NCBI GenBank assembly: GCA_003452395.1
Contig: DMOI01000054.1
Coordinates: forward strand, 4,003-68,002
Length of the DNA: 64,000 nucleotides
Direction: 5' to 3'
From: Clostridiales bacterium
GTDB taxonomy: Bacteria > Bacillota > Clostridia > Lachnospirales > UBA12420
The notes under the pieces were generated by a model, which had not been told where the DNA came from, ran no database searches, and saw only the letters and a program-made list of their open reading frames with translations. Numbering within the stretch: position 1 is the first letter of the stretch; each line of letters opens with the position of its first letter. Both the position numbers and the translations under genes were made by a program. Below, in pieces: positions 47,637 through 55,805 of this stretch.

Positions 47637-49721
47637 TTAATCCCCCAGTGTAGCAACTGGCATAGACTCCAAATCTTGATATTCAAGAGCAGCTTCTATT
47701 CCTTCCATCACTTCTCCATATGCCTTTCTTATTTCAGGAGAAAAGGCTTCCAGGTTTATCCCTTCTTTATTATAAACAACATCCAAGTAAGGGTCTAAAA
47801 CATTATTAAATCCTTTATAATATTCCACATCATCATTTATCATTCCACGCAATGCCAAGAGCGACCTTAAATCATGTTCCGTTGCTTCTTCTCCTATATA
47901 AAATGCTAGTTCTTCCATCATATCTAATACTTCCTTTTCTTTTTCAGTATTAATATCTGATTCCTTTTCTAAGTCTACTGCCAATTCTTTTTTAGTGTTA
48001 ATTCCTAGAAAGCTTTCCATTTTATTTATCATTGGTTTGTATCCTCTTACGCCTATGCCCTTAGCCTTAATAGCAAATTCCAAATTTTCATGATCTATCC
48101 ATTCACATTCATCATACACTTTACATGTCATTTTTGTCGCTTCTGTTGCTTTTATATTTACTATAGGTTCTTTTGCAGTTGACTTATCAAATCCGTCAAC
48201 ATACTTACCATATGTGCTTTCATATACTTCTTGTACTTTTTCACAATCTTCTATAGTCTTTCTTATCCATTCTTCGCTAATAATAGCGTTTTTACCAACT
48301 CCGTTTGCGAATGCGCATATATTAGCAATTCCTGTAGATCTTTCCAAATTCATTCCTTTTTTCTTAATTTCATTGTAATATTTTTTTATATAATACGGAG
48401 CAACCCTTTTGTCATCTTTGGCACGAGCAATGTATTCACCAACATTACATCCTTCGTGAACACTTTCATTACCCCTTTTTACTTCTTGACTAAATTCACC
48501 TAATAATTTTTTTGTAGCTTCTTTTTCCGACTCCTCTTTTTCTAATAAAGTGCTTTCTTCAATAAACCCATACGTTAACTCTTTAAATTCTAAATAATTT
48601 TCAAAAGTACTATCAAAATTTTCAAATTTATCAAAAAGCCCCTTACATAAATCACTTATTACTTGAACTTTTTTATCCTTTCCTAATGCAATATGTATAT
48701 TTTCATACAACTTTGAATTCATATTACTTTCAGCGTTTTTATTGCTTTTTATAGAAAAAAATATACTGCAGATATCATATAGTATCATATTTGCAATATT
48801 AGGATCTTTATTTGCATATTCATCTGCTAATAAAATCTTTCCATACAAACTATTATATAATTCTTCTAATTGAACGTCTTGAGTTTTTTTTACTGTACTT
48901 GTATTATCCACGTTATCAACTCCATATCTTTTAATGTAAAATTCATTTAATTGTATTATCCTATTAATGCCACTCTCAACTATATTCTTATCGTCTAATT
49001 GCCTATGTATCGCTTCCGAAGAATATGATATGATTTCTAGTATTTTTCCAACTTCTTCTTCACTAATATATTTTTCTTGAATAAATTTATAAATTAATCC
49101 TTTACTTTCATTTTTCTCATGGACTGTAGGTCTTATAATTTCATCATCTGCCCGTGCCATTTCTTCTTTTGATGCTATCTTTAAAAGAAGAACATTAATA
49201 TACTTTCTCATATATATTAATGAAATATTTGGATCACTTTCTTTATAGCTTTGTATTTCATCTATAATCTTATCTAAGCTATATTTTGCTGGACTTTCAA
49301 ATTTAGGTATATAAATAGTTCCCTTGTATTCTTTTTCGCTAATCTTTTTATTAAAAACACCCTCAACTATTGTATAGAAAAATTTTTTTATTAATTCATA
49401 GTGCTCTTCTTTACAATTAAATGTCTTTGAAGTTCTATTAACTAACCTTATAAAATTTTTAACACTATAAGAAGGTTTCTCTTTTTCACTTTCTATAAGT
49501 TCCTGTATCTTACTTTCGAGTGTACCTCTTTTACCTGCAGTAGATAAATTTTGCTTCTCTAAGCATTCATTAACAAACATTTCCATAGCTCTTCTATATA
49601 AAATGGTCGAAATTCCCAAGTCTATTTTTTCAAATTCTTTAGCTTTCTCCAAATCTTTACATACGTTTAAAAAGCCTTTTTCATATAAATCTTTATAATT
49701 CACTCTTTCACCACCTGTCAC
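47637..49721 (-). CDS. Large orphan alpha-helical protein (three N-terminal helical modules + unknown C-terminal half)
   Basis: 694 aa (GTG at 49721; alternative GTG at 49703 after AGGTGGTG). No family recognised with confidence. Confidence 0.6.
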   Translation of the reverse strand: MTGGERVNYKDLYEKGFLNVCKDLEKAKEFEKIDLGISTILYRRAMEMFVNECLEKQNLSTAGKRGTLESKIQELIESEKEKPSYSVKNFIRLVNRTSKTFNCKEEHYELIKKFFYTIVEGVFNKKISEKEYKGTIYIPKFESPAKYSLDKIIDEIQSYKESDPNISLIYMRKYINVLLLKIASKEEMARADDEIIRPTVHEKNESKGLIYKFIQEKYISEEEVGKILEIISYSSEAIHRQLDDKNIVESGINRIIQLNEFYIKRYGVDNVDNTSTVKKTQDVQLEELYNSLYGKILLADEYANKDPNIANMILYDICSIFFSIKSNKNAESNMNSKLYENIHIALGKDKKVQVISDLCKGLFDKFENFDSTFENYLEFKELTYGFIEESTLLEKEESEKEATKKLLGEFSQEVKRGNESVHEGCNVGEYIARAKDDKRVAPYYIKKYYNEIKKKGMNLERSTGIANICAFANGVGKNAIISEEWIRKTIEDCEKVQEVYESTYGKYVDGFDKSTAKEPIVNIKATEATKMTCKVYDECEWIDHENLEFAIKAKGIGVRGYKPMINKMESFLGINTKKELAVDLEKESDINTEKEKEVLDMMEELAFYIGEEATEHDLRSLLALRGMINDDVEYYKGFNNVLDPYLDVVYNKEGINLEAFSPEIRKAYGEVMEGIEAALEYQDLESMPVATLGD

Positions 49722-49738
49722 ATTCTCCCTTTTATTGC

Positions 49739-49767
49739 ATTATATACCATTTTCCAACAATTGTCAA
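49739..49767 (-). promoter_or_regulatory. Perfect-consensus sigma-A promoter for the 694-aa gene
   Basis: Minus strand TTGACA (49767-49762), exactly 17 nt, TATAAT (49744-49739). Confidence 0.7.
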
Positions 49768-50140
49768 GTTGCTTTCCCTTTATTTCGTTAATAAATACAT
49801 AAAATTAAGTAGGATCTGGTCCAATACAATCGGCTTCTATATGTTGTTCTGCTGATAATTCATATCTATCTAGCCCGTATTCAAATGCCCAAGTCCACTT
49901 GTAATTTTGTTAAGCTCGACGGGGAAATTTAACAAGCACTCTAATCTAGCAAATCCTTCTATTGTAACTTTATCTTCAAATTCATTTGTTATTTCAAAAA
50001 TACTATTTTTACTAGATAAGTTTCGTAGTTGCAGGCTCAATGTTAGGGAAAAAGAGTACAAAAATAGGAGCTATACTATTGATTTTTATATCAAATAATA
50101 TAGCGCCATTTTAAAGGATTTCGAAAACAACAAAAAATCC

Positions 50141-50362
50141 TTATAGTATTAGATACGCCAGTATAATTCCTAGCTCTCCACATGCAGTCGCTCTGTCGTA
50201 TCCATGGTTGTTTTTTAGCTCTGCATTCTTTACTTCTATTTTGTAACGCTCCGAATAAACTTTGTTACATACTATTGCTTTATATCTTTGCTGAAATACA
50301 TGCCCTGTTCTTTTATTCTTCTTATTATTATGTTTCGTATAGACTTGTTGAATTCCCTGCAT
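50141..50362 (-). pseudogene. Chimeric transposase debris: Y1/REP-type transposase fragment fused to the C-terminal end of an IS1182-type transposase
   Basis: The N-part KRTGHVFQQRYKAIV resembles the IS200-like/RAYT GHLFQ.RYKS motif. The C-part ERYKIEVKNAELKNNHGYDRATACGELGI parallels ERYKIETKNGELKTRHGYDIASSSGLVGM of the intact transposase at 60074-61531. Confidence 0.6.
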
Positions 50363-50386
50363 TATTTTCGCCAGTGGATTTCCTAT

Positions 50387-50761
50387 TTATTTACCTTTTG
50401 CTAGTTTCATATTCTCAGCAACTCTAAATTTTACTATATTTCTTATTAATTCATAAGGTAAAGGCTTTTCTATAGAAAATTGTACTGACCCTTTTGCACT
50501 TTTATATTCCGATAATTCATGTTTAAATGCCTCTATTCCACTAGGCGCTGGATAAAATCCTATATGATTCTTAAATGCAGCAAAATGCACCAAATTTCCA
50601 TTCAACGCAAACGTAGGCATTTGCCAACTTATCTTTTCCTCAGCATCTGGTGCCGACTCTTTTATAACTTTTCTTAATGTTTGAAGTATTTCCTGAACCT
50701 CAGCAGGAAATTGTAAAATATATTCATCTATTGATTCAAAAACAATTTTATTTTCTTTCAT
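50387..50761 (-). CDS. DUF1801 (YdhG-like) domain protein
   Basis: 124 aa from the ATG at 50761 (RBS GGGAGG). IDEYILQFP...ISWQMPTF...LVHFAAFKNHIGFYP pattern. Confidence 0.7.
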   Translation of the reverse strand: MKENKIVFESIDEYILQFPAEVQEILQTLRKVIKESAPDAEEKISWQMPTFALNGNLVHFAAFKNHIGFYPAPSGIEAFKHELSEYKSAKGSVQFSIEKPLPYELIRNIVKFRVAENMKLAKGK

Positions 50762-50924
50762 AATTACCTCCCATTTTCCTCTTTTTCGCTTTGAAATATA
50801 TTCCATCCCGCTAGTTATTTAGTCTCCATATCTGACACAATCAGAAACTATTTATCATATCGCGTCACAAAATGTATTACTGTGATTTCTGATGTTTGTA
50901 ATAATATACTGTTTTACCTGAAAT

Positions 50925-51116
50925 TTAACCCCTTTTACTAATTTCATCTATTATCAATGATTTCGAAATATACATTGCTTTTATCATGTTCTCGAAGCGG
51001 ATATAATAAGGGGTGTACTCCTCAAACTTTAACTGTGCTTTTTCACATTTGCTAATAATTGAAGATACGGGTGGTAGCACTTCTAACAATAATTCTTCTC
51101 TTGTATATTTGTCCAT
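50925..51116 (-). CDS. Small hypothetical protein
   Basis: 63 aa. RBS GAGGTG. Confidence 0.4.
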   Translation of the reverse strand: MDKYTREELLLEVLPPVSSIISKCEKAQLKFEEYTPYYIRFENMIKAMYISKSLIIDEISKRG

Positions 51117-51204
51117 AGGATTTCACCTCAAATAACGTTTGTTGTCTAGCCTCTCATAAGAGTGTTTCTAACTTTTTTTAAGTAAAACAAAATGACAATA
51201 CTCT

Positions 51205-52329
51205 CTAAAAAATCATCTCTCCCGGTTTATAGTCGTCAGGTAATTCTTCTTCAGTTAAAAATTTGAAATTGTCATCACGCAGTACTGGTAAAAATACTTC
51301 GTATGGAATCTTGGAAAACTCACAAGCATACCTGCTTGCTCCAAACCATTTACCCTCTTTGCTGCTCAAATTTAAATCTCTAGCAAATTTTGTATAGTTT
51401 GAGCAATCATGAACTACTAAATCCCAATTTTCTTCATCGGCTATTTTCATGAATTTCAGAGTTAATTCCCTACTCCAAATTGGAGATATATAGCCATGTC
51501 TTGCAATATACATGTTTTCCCCATAATAATTGTCTATGTTATTCGCATTTAAATGTAATTCTGCACAATTGATAAAATCAAGTTTTGTCTCTAAGATCGC
51601 TTGCTTTTTCTTTAAAAAAGCTTCAAAAAACTCAGGAGTCATTGGAGTTTCAATACCTACATCTTTAATATATTTTTTCGCTATTCCAATATTTTTAATA
51701 ACTTTGTCTGAACAATTAGCAGCACCCAAGTTGAAACGTATCTCGTCAAGACCGGCTTCACCTAATGCTTTCAATGTCTCTTCCGTAGCTAAAGTGCCAT
51801 TTGTATATAGATGTTGATGAATCCCTGCATCCCTAAATTTCTTTATTACCGAATAGTATTTTTCAATTTCCATGAATGGCTCTAAATAAACGTAGGAAAT
51901 GCCAGTAGGTTTCTGGTGGATAGAAAGAAGTAAATCAATATCCTTCTCATAAAATTTTGTGTCTCCAATTTCCCACATACCTTCGCCAACCGGAGGGATA
52001 TCTTCTAGTTCTCCATAATTATAACAGAACTTACACTCTATGTTACATTTGTTCGTTTTCCTAATTGCACAGAGACCAGTGCCGAGCAAACAAGAACGAC
52101 ATCCTTTTGGGAATCTACCTTCATTTCCCACAAAAAAAGTTCTATTCTCCAAAGTTTTTAAACCTTTAATTTTCGACATTAACGTATCATTTCTATAATC
52201 GATTGCTTCCTCAATTTGCGCAAAAGTAGAGTAAATGATTTCTTGTTGTTTTGTCGTAATTTCCTCATCCTCAGGCAATATTGAAAAAAATTCAAACCAT
52301 ATCAACGCATCTTTCTTTGAAATTTTCAT
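51205..52329 (-). CDS. Radical SAM protein of unknown function
   Basis: 374 aa. CNIECKFC (C-x3-C-x2-C) preceded by an extra Cys cluster CRSCLLGTGLC. Double RBS AGGAGG...GAGGAGG. Confidence 0.8.
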   Translation of the reverse strand: MKISKKDALIWFEFFSILPEDEEITTKQQEIIYSTFAQIEEAIDYRNDTLMSKIKGLKTLENRTFFVGNEGRFPKGCRSCLLGTGLCAIRKTNKCNIECKFCYNYGELEDIPPVGEGMWEIGDTKFYEKDIDLLLSIHQKPTGISYVYLEPFMEIEKYYSVIKKFRDAGIHQHLYTNGTLATEETLKALGEAGLDEIRFNLGAANCSDKVIKNIGIAKKYIKDVGIETPMTPEFFEAFLKKKQAILETKLDFINCAELHLNANNIDNYYGENMYIARHGYISPIWSRELTLKFMKIADEENWDLVVHDCSNYTKFARDLNLSSKEGKWFGASRYACEFSKIPYEVFLPVLRDDNFKFLTEEELPDDYKPGEMIF

Positions 52330-52392
52330 AATATATCCTCCTCTAGTTAATCCTCCTGTAAACTCAATTCAAGTCTTCTTGCTGTGCTTTTT

Positions 52393-52648
52393 AATGTAAG
52401 TACCGTCTCAGCCGTAGTCTGTATCCAATCAGATTTCGCTCACACTCATCTTCTTGGGCAGCCCTGACATAGGTAGTCGTAAAAAGCTTATTTCGTCGTT
52501 TCTCTCCTTGTAAGCTTAACGACTGCCTCAGCCGTAGACTGCTTCCAATCAGATTTCGCTCACACTCATCTTCTTGGGCAGCCCTGACATGGGTAGTCGT
52601 AAAAAGCTTATTTCACGTCGCTTCTCTCCTTGTAAGCTTAACTACCGC
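52393..52648 (-). repeat. Tandem 120-nt structured repeats (2 full units + a degenerate stub) inside the radical-SAM 5' leader
   Basis: Units at 52407-52526 and 52527-52648 differ by 7 substitutions and one 2-nt indel. Each folds on paper into two long hairpins on the minus strand. Confidence 0.9.
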
Positions 52649-52801
52649 CTAAACATACATTGTATATAGAAACACATTCATTACCCCACCTACACACCGT
52701 CTATTTCCCCTATATCTTCACCTGCTCTGTTCTAATATCCATTATTATTACTCTACATTATATATTCACAGTCATTCCCCTAGTTTCCAATATTTATCTT
52801 T

Positions 52802-52830
52802 ATTATATATTATTAACTATAATATGACAA
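52802..52830 (-). promoter_or_regulatory. Sigma-A-type promoter giving a ~460-nt leader for the radical-SAM gene
   Basis: Minus strand TTGTCA (52830-52825), 17 nt, TATAAT (52807-52802). Confidence 0.6.
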
Positions 52831-52904
52831 TAGTTTTGTATTATTATTTTCATGTTCTTACACTTTGAGGTGTTTTTTTCATATTATATACATAGTTATC
52901 AATA

Positions 52905-52945
52905 CAAAAAAAGACTTGAATTCATCAAAATTCAAGTCTTTTTTG
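52905..52945. terminator. Bidirectional intrinsic terminator
   Basis: A7-AAGACTTGAATT[catcaa]AATTCAAGTCTT-T6, downstream of the Ham1-like gene. Confidence 0.8.
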
Positions 52946-53065
52946 CTTTCTTATTTCCAATTTCCTTTATATTTTTCACACCACAATAGTGCTTTAACTT
53001 TCATTCTCCTCTCAATTTTAATAATTATAAATATTTCTATACTTTAGTATTTTTTTCTTTTCCAT

Positions 53066-53656
53066 CTATATTCTTTTAAAGAATTCTCGTATTTTTGTAT
53101 AGTATTCTTTATATTCCTCTTCTGCTTCTTCGGCACTTAGTTCTACGGTATATTTATTTCTAGCCTTTACAAACCCTATAGAACTTAAAGGGTATCCCTT
53201 ACTTATTATTTCGCAAGGTTTACTCACAAAATGAATCTCATCTTCTGTTTCTAATGAATATACTTGACCAGTATCATTTACAAAGGCTAATCCTCTTTTC
53301 CAAACCGCGCGACTCTCTCCTCCTACTTTTTTTAGTTCTTCTGTGTAGTATTTTAAAGCCTCATCATCTGTTAATTCTCGTCCACCGACTCTTCTTACAT
53401 GTGTACCAGGTTGTTTTTCTACTGGAAACTTATCTATAAAAAGACCATCATCCTGTGCAATAGTAGGTATTTGGGTCGCTTTATAATAGGCAGTTGCCTT
53501 TATAATGGCATTTTCTAGTGGATTATCTCCATTTTCATCAACTTCTAGTTTCAAATTAATATCCTTAAGTGATATAACTTCATATCCTATGTCCCTCAAA
53601 AGATTTCCATACCGCTCTTTTTTTGCTTGATTACCTGTCGCTAGTAAAACTTTCAT
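53066..53656 (-). CDS. Non-canonical purine NTP pyrophosphatase (Ham1/RdgB family)
   Basis: 196 aa. VLLATGNQAKKERY, ENG.NPLENAIIKA and DDGLFID match RdgB motifs. Confidence 0.75.
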   Translation of the reverse strand: MKVLLATGNQAKKERYGNLLRDIGYEVISLKDINLKLEVDENGDNPLENAIIKATAYYKATQIPTIAQDDGLFIDKFPVEKQPGTHVRRVGGRELTDDEALKYYTEELKKVGGESRAVWKRGLAFVNDTGQVYSLETEDEIHFVSKPCEIISKGYPLSSIGFVKARNKYTVELSAEEAEEEYKEYYTKIREFFKRI

Positions 53657-53713
53657 AAAGTATCAGTCCTTTCTTTTTTATAATTTATACTTCCATTTGA
53701 TTTTCAATATTGT

Positions 53714-53842
53714 TTATAAATTAATAGCTGTTTGTATTTCTTCTGAATTTTTATAAACAAGACTTTCAATATTTAATGACTCTGCCATTTTGCTGCAAAA
53801 ATATGACTTCTCGGCACCATGGACTCCACATACAAATATCAT
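53714..53842 (-). pseudogene. 42-codon N-terminal fragment of a P-loop kinase/ATPase
   Basis: MIFVCGVHGAEKSYFCSKMAESLNIESL... is a degenerate Walker A (GVHGAEKS instead of G..GAGKS), then a stop. Confidence 0.35.
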
Positions 53843-53892
53843 ATATTTTCATCTCCACTATAAATTTATCTGGTTTACACCCTCGTTGTTTT

Positions 53893-54573
53893 CTATCTAT
53901 TATTTAATATCCATTCAATATCTTCCTTTGCTATTTTAATATTTCTCATTCCTTGTCCTACAGGGTAATAAACTGGAAAGACTTTGTAGAATAACCCTTC
54001 AATCTCGAGTATTTCATACTTCTTTCTGTATTGTGATACTTTGATATCTTTATTTAAAAGTACTGAACTTACCTGATTACCAAATGTAATAATTACTTTT
54101 GGTTTTATAATATCTATTTCTTGTTTAAATAAATCTGTGTACTTTTTAAAAACTTCATTTGGCAATGGTCTTGCATCTATTTGCGTAGCTTTTGACAAAT
54201 TAGTTATGTACATAGAATTGTTATAAACTTTTTTATAAACATCCTCTGCGAACTGATAATCCCAATCTATTGGCTTTCTAAAATTTATTTCATCAATTAT
54301 AGTTTTATCGATTAGCCCCAGTTGGTAAAACATGTTCCATACATTTTTAGTTGCAATCCATGGTGCCTTTATACCAGTCCAGCTTTTATTTGAAGCTACA
54401 TTCCTTGAAGTCGGATTCATAAAAACTAAGCATATCTCAGGATTATTTATTTGCCCACAGCCATAAATAGAATCTAAGTTGATATCTCCATAAATAAGCT
54501 GTAGTTCATTAAATTTATCAAAAATCTCTATGATTTGCATATCATCTAAAGATTTATTATCTAAATTACACAT
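53893..54573 (-). CDS. Uracil-DNA-glycosylase-superfamily protein (non-family-1)
   Basis: 226 aa. ...ICLVFMNPTSRN... and ...VIITFGNQV...VYYPVGQG resemble UDG-superfamily motif positions. The assignment is tentative. Confidence 0.5.
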   Translation of the reverse strand: MCNLDNKSLDDMQIIEIFDKFNELQLIYGDINLDSIYGCGQINNPEICLVFMNPTSRNVASNKSWTGIKAPWIATKNVWNMFYQLGLIDKTIIDEINFRKPIDWDYQFAEDVYKKVYNNSMYITNLSKATQIDARPLPNEVFKKYTDLFKQEIDIIKPKVIITFGNQVSSVLLNKDIKVSQYRKKYEILEIEGLFYKVFPVYYPVGQGMRNIKIAKEDIEWILNNR

Positions 54574-54798
54574 ATTTAAAAATCCTCCTTCTTAATATAT
54601 CTTTTCACATCCACTCACTTTTATTAACTCCGTATAAATGGCTCCATTTGCTATTATTTATATTCTGTTTTTATTATACATAACTTTTTAAAATAATTCA
54701 ACATTATACCATATTTTTTTTACAAACGATCTGGTAGTCCGTTCTAAAGCCAAAAGCTTTATGCAAAACCTCCAGTATTATATAAAATTTAATGAATA

Positions 54799-54984
54799 TT
54801 ATAACGCTGTAAAACTTGGAGTGCAATAACTGTGAGTAAAAAAGCAAAAAAGAACCTCTGAGCCTTTATCTAAATTTGGATTTTCATCCTCAGGCATCTT
54901 TTTGCCACCTAGTAAACCTTCTTTCCACATTCTGTGTAACTTGTAAACAGTTTTAATTAGCTCATCTCTTTCCAATATTACCAC
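54799..54984 (-). pseudogene. Truncated N-terminus of a DNA-glycosylase-like (HhH-type) protein
   Basis: ...MWKEGLLGGKKMPEDENPNLDKGSE, then unrelated residues and a stop. Recollection-based and low confidence. Confidence 0.3.
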
Positions 54985-55243
54985 TATCCTAAATATCTAA
55001 GTATTGTTTTATCCCAGCGTTTATAATATTTTTTACCCATTCTATCACTTGTTCATTTGCATCTACTACAAATTCTTGCCCTTTCGTAGCAGATTGAAAA
55101 TAATTTTCTTTGAAACTTTCTTTAGAGTGCTCTATATCTTCACAACTTGCCACAGTATATCCTCATAAAGGCAGGACTTTTAGGCCTTTGGGTTCATACA
55201 AAAAGAGCACATAGTTTTCATTCTACATGCTCATCTCACTCAA

Positions 55244-55792
55244 CTATTCTATAATCGTTATATTATTGTCAGTAACTAAGATTGCCTGATTATCAGTTAA
55301 TTTAATCTCATCGGTTGTTTTGATTTCACCAGCAGGCGTGCCGTCTGCACAATGTACATCAAGAATATTTTTTATAAAATTTAATCCATTTTTATATTTA
55401 CCAGAAGCGGCTACACTGCCTGCACTAACCCCTATATAAATTCCACCATGGTTTATGTATTCATCTATAACCTTCTTGAATCCCACTTCATTCATTCTAT
55501 CAGCTAAATATGATGTTTTTCCACCGCAGACATATACAGCATCATATTTCTTTAATTCTTCTATCTCAATCAACTTATGCATGTCATAAACTGTTATATT
55601 TTCCATTGAAATATGACAATTAAGTAAATCTTCTAAACATTTTGGCAATACCATTATTGCATCCGGCTCTATCGCAGCTGTAGTAATAAATAATACCTTA
55701 ATGTCTTTAGGCTCTTTATTTATTAATCCCATAAATTTATTCTGAATGTTTTGATTTTCAAACCCTGCTGATGTTAATAAAATTTTTTTCAT
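55244..55792 (-). CDS. Peptidase S51 (PepE-like, type-1 glutamine-amidotransferase fold)
   Basis: 182 aa. KILLTSAGF...VLFITTAA...VYVCGGKT...IYIGVSAGS (nucleophile Ser). Confidence 0.75.
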   Translation of the reverse strand: MKKILLTSAGFENQNIQNKFMGLINKEPKDIKVLFITTAAIEPDAIMVLPKCLEDLLNCHISMENITVYDMHKLIEIEELKKYDAVYVCGGKTSYLADRMNEVGFKKVIDEYINHGGIYIGVSAGSVAASGKYKNGLNFIKNILDVHCADGTPAGEIKTTDEIKLTDNQAILVTDNNITIIE

Positions 55793-55805
55793 CTTAGTAT
55801 TCCTC

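Noticed and set aside
49870-50098. Two mutually overlapping 63-aa ORFs on opposite strands.
   Set aside because: They have no RBS and no recognisable motifs, and they lie in the transposase-debris region. They are probably non-coding or decayed.
52429-52470. A 13-codon mini-ORF (MSGLPKKMSVSEI) present in both repeat units (also at 52549-52590).
   Set aside because: No RBS lies within ~10 nt, since the AAGGAGAG is ~35 nt upstream. Its conservation follows trivially from the ~93% nucleotide identity of the units.
52407-52648. The tandem 120-nt repeats considered as a CRISPR array, a glycine tandem riboswitch, a T-box pair or a hammerhead (CGAAATCTGATTGG).
   Set aside because: The 120-nt period with no spacers rules out a CRISPR array. 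I found no GGAGAG...CACCG/GGGCAA-type glycine cores and no T-box sequence (GGGUGGUACCGCG-like). CUGAUUG does not satisfy the hammerhead CUGANGA core. The repeats are kept as an unclassified structured repeat.
52865-53047. A 60-aa plus-strand ORF.
   Set aside because: It runs through a bidirectional terminator hairpin and AT-rich spacer, and it has no RBS.
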